DNA from: Vulcanimicrobiota bacterium
GTDB taxonomy: Bacteria > Vulcanimicrobiota > Vulcanimicrobiia > Vulcanimicrobiales > Vulcanimicrobiaceae
Direction of reading: 5' to 3'
Assembly (NCBI GenBank): GCA_003133025.1
Contig: PKZK01000021.1
Location: 1-16,797, forward strand
DNA: 16,797 nt
Under the pieces are notes generated by a model, which saw only the letters and a program-made list of their open reading frames with translations, made no database searches and was not told the origin of the DNA. This document shows positions 15,546-16,797 of this stretch, in pieces. A program made the translations under genes and the position numbers. The stretch's first letter is position 1; each line of letters starts with the position of its first letter.

Positions 15546-16797
15546 ATGGACGCGTTCGCCCTCGAGCTGCGCGGCATCGTGAAGACCTATGCCGGCGGCG
15601 TGCGCGCGCTCGACGGCGTCGACGTAACGATCGCGCGCGGTGAAATCCACGCGCTGTGCGGCGAGAACGGCGCCGGGAAGACGACGCTCGCCGCAATCGC
15701 AGCCGGCCGTCTGCGCCCGACGAGCGGAAGCGTCACGCGCGCCGGCAACGCGGGCTTCGTGCCGCAACATCCGCACCTCGTCGACCGGCTGCGCGTGTGG
15801 GAGAACGTGCTGCTCGGACGCGAACCGCGGCGCGGCCTGCGGCTCGACGAACGCGCGGCGCGGGAAGACGTGGCAGCGCTCGGCGCGACGTACGGCCTGC
15901 CCGTCAACCCGCGGGCCCGCGTCGAAACGCTCGATGCGGGCGCGAAGCAGCGCGTCGAGATCCTGCGCGAACTGGCTCGCGAACCGGCGCTCTTGATCCT
16001 CGACGAACCCACGTCGGCGCTCGCGCCGGCCGAGAGCGACGTGCTCTTCGACGTGCTGCGCGCGCTCGCCGCGCGCGGCACGGCGGTGCTCGTGGTGACG
16101 CACGATTTGGGCGATGTGGCCGCGTATGCGGAACGGATCACCGTGCTGCGCGCGGGCCGCGTCGCGGCGCGCTTCGAGCGCGGCGCGCAGCCTGCCGCGA
16201 TCGCGGGGGCGATGATCGGCGGCGAACTCCCCGCGCTCGCCGCCCGCACGTCGCGCGCGACCGCTCCGTGTTTCGAAGCGCGCGGGCTCGAAGCGGGCAG
16301 CGGCGCCGAGGCGTTGCGCGGCTTCGACCTCGAGGTGCGCGGTGGCGAGATCGTGGGCATCGCGGGCGTCGAGGGCAACGGTCAACGCCCGCTCGCCGAC
16401 GCCATCGCCGGCGTGGCGCCGTATCGCGGCACGCTGCACCTCGACGGGCGCGAACTCGCGCCCGGCCGTCCGGCGGCGCGCATCGCGGCGGGTCTGCGCA
16501 CGATCGCGGCCGACCGGCAGCGCGAGGGCCTCATCCTCGCTTGGAGCGTGCTCGAAAACCTCGCGCTCGGCGATCAACGCCGCGCGCCGCTGGGCGGCGG
16601 ACTCACGCTGCACCGCGGTGCGATGCGCGACCGGTCCGCGAGCGTGGTGGAGCGCTTCGACGTGCGCGCGCCCTCGCTCGACGCGCGCGTCTCGATGCTC
16701 AGCGGCGGCAACCAACAGAAATTGCTCGCGGGGCGCGCGCTGGCCGAAACGCCCCGTCTCCTGTTGGCCTGCGAGCCGACGCGCGGCATCGACGTGG
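15546..16797 (+). CDS. Sugar/nucleoside ABC transporter ATP-binding protein with two NBDs (runs off the 3' end; missing from the ORF track)
   Basis: ATG 15546: MDAFALELRGIVKTYAGGVRALDGVDVTIARGEIHALCGENGAGKTT (Walker A), LLILDEPTSAL (Walker B), VTHDL. Second NBD: GEIVGIAGVEGNGQ, DRQREGL, LSGGNQQK, LLACEPTRGIDV. Confidence 0.93.
   Translation, partial: MDAFALELRGIVKTYAGGVRALDGVDVTIARGEIHALCGENGAGKTTLAAIAAGRLRPTSGSVTRAGNAGFVPQHPHLVDRLRVWENVLLGREPRRGLRLDERAAREDVAALGATYGLPVNPRARVETLDAGAKQRVEILRELAREPALLILDEPTSALAPAESDVLFDVLRALAARGTAVLVVTHDLGDVAAYAERITVLRAGRVAARFERGAQPAAIAGAMIGGELPALAARTSRATAPCFEARGLEAGSGAEALRGFDLEVRGGEIVGIAGVEGNGQRPLADAIAGVAPYRGTLHLDGRELAPGRPAARIAAGLRTIAADRQREGLILAWSVLENLALGDQRRAPLGGGLTLHRGAMRDRSASVVERFDVRAPSLDARVSMLSGGNQQKLLAGRALAETPRLLLACEPTRGIDV

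Noticed and set aside
14865..16715. 616-aa minus-strand ORF
   Set aside because: Antisense shadow of the BMP lipoprotein and ABC ATPase genes. It has no motifs, and long stop-free antisense frames are expected at this GC content.

Overview
High-GC bacterial window. The gene style (STAND/BTAD regulator, NHL lipoprotein, TonB-like tail) suggests Eremiobacterota/Vulcanimicrobiota, but this is an unverified inference. Left to right: (1) the 3' end of a Pro/Ala-rich TonB-C-like gene; (2) an accessory-looking cassette with a large SARP/AfsR-type wHTH-BTAD-AAA-TPR regulator divergent from a 62-aa small protein and an NHL beta-propeller lipoprotein, where both downstream genes carry a near-identical 18-bp heptamer direct-repeat box exactly 9 nt before a TAnnnT -10 element; (3) a secreted GH99/GH71-like glycoside hydrolase preceded by a decayed 3' fragment of its own paralogue; (4) a tightly packed minus-strand operon of three different amide-ligase types (RimK/GshB-like ATP-grasp, YbdK/GCS2 carboxylate-amine ligase, circularly permuted ATP-grasp) plus a class I glutamine amidotransferase, with a divergent alpha/beta-hydrolase, a candidate non-ribosomal gamma-glutamyl peptide/thiol pathway of unknown product; (5) a zinc-ribbon membrane protein, arginase and an AI-2E family transporter; (6) the start of a BMP-type nucleoside ABC transporter operon. 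No rRNA, tRNA, CRISPR array or transposase was recognised. All family calls come from motif recognition by eye, not database searches.
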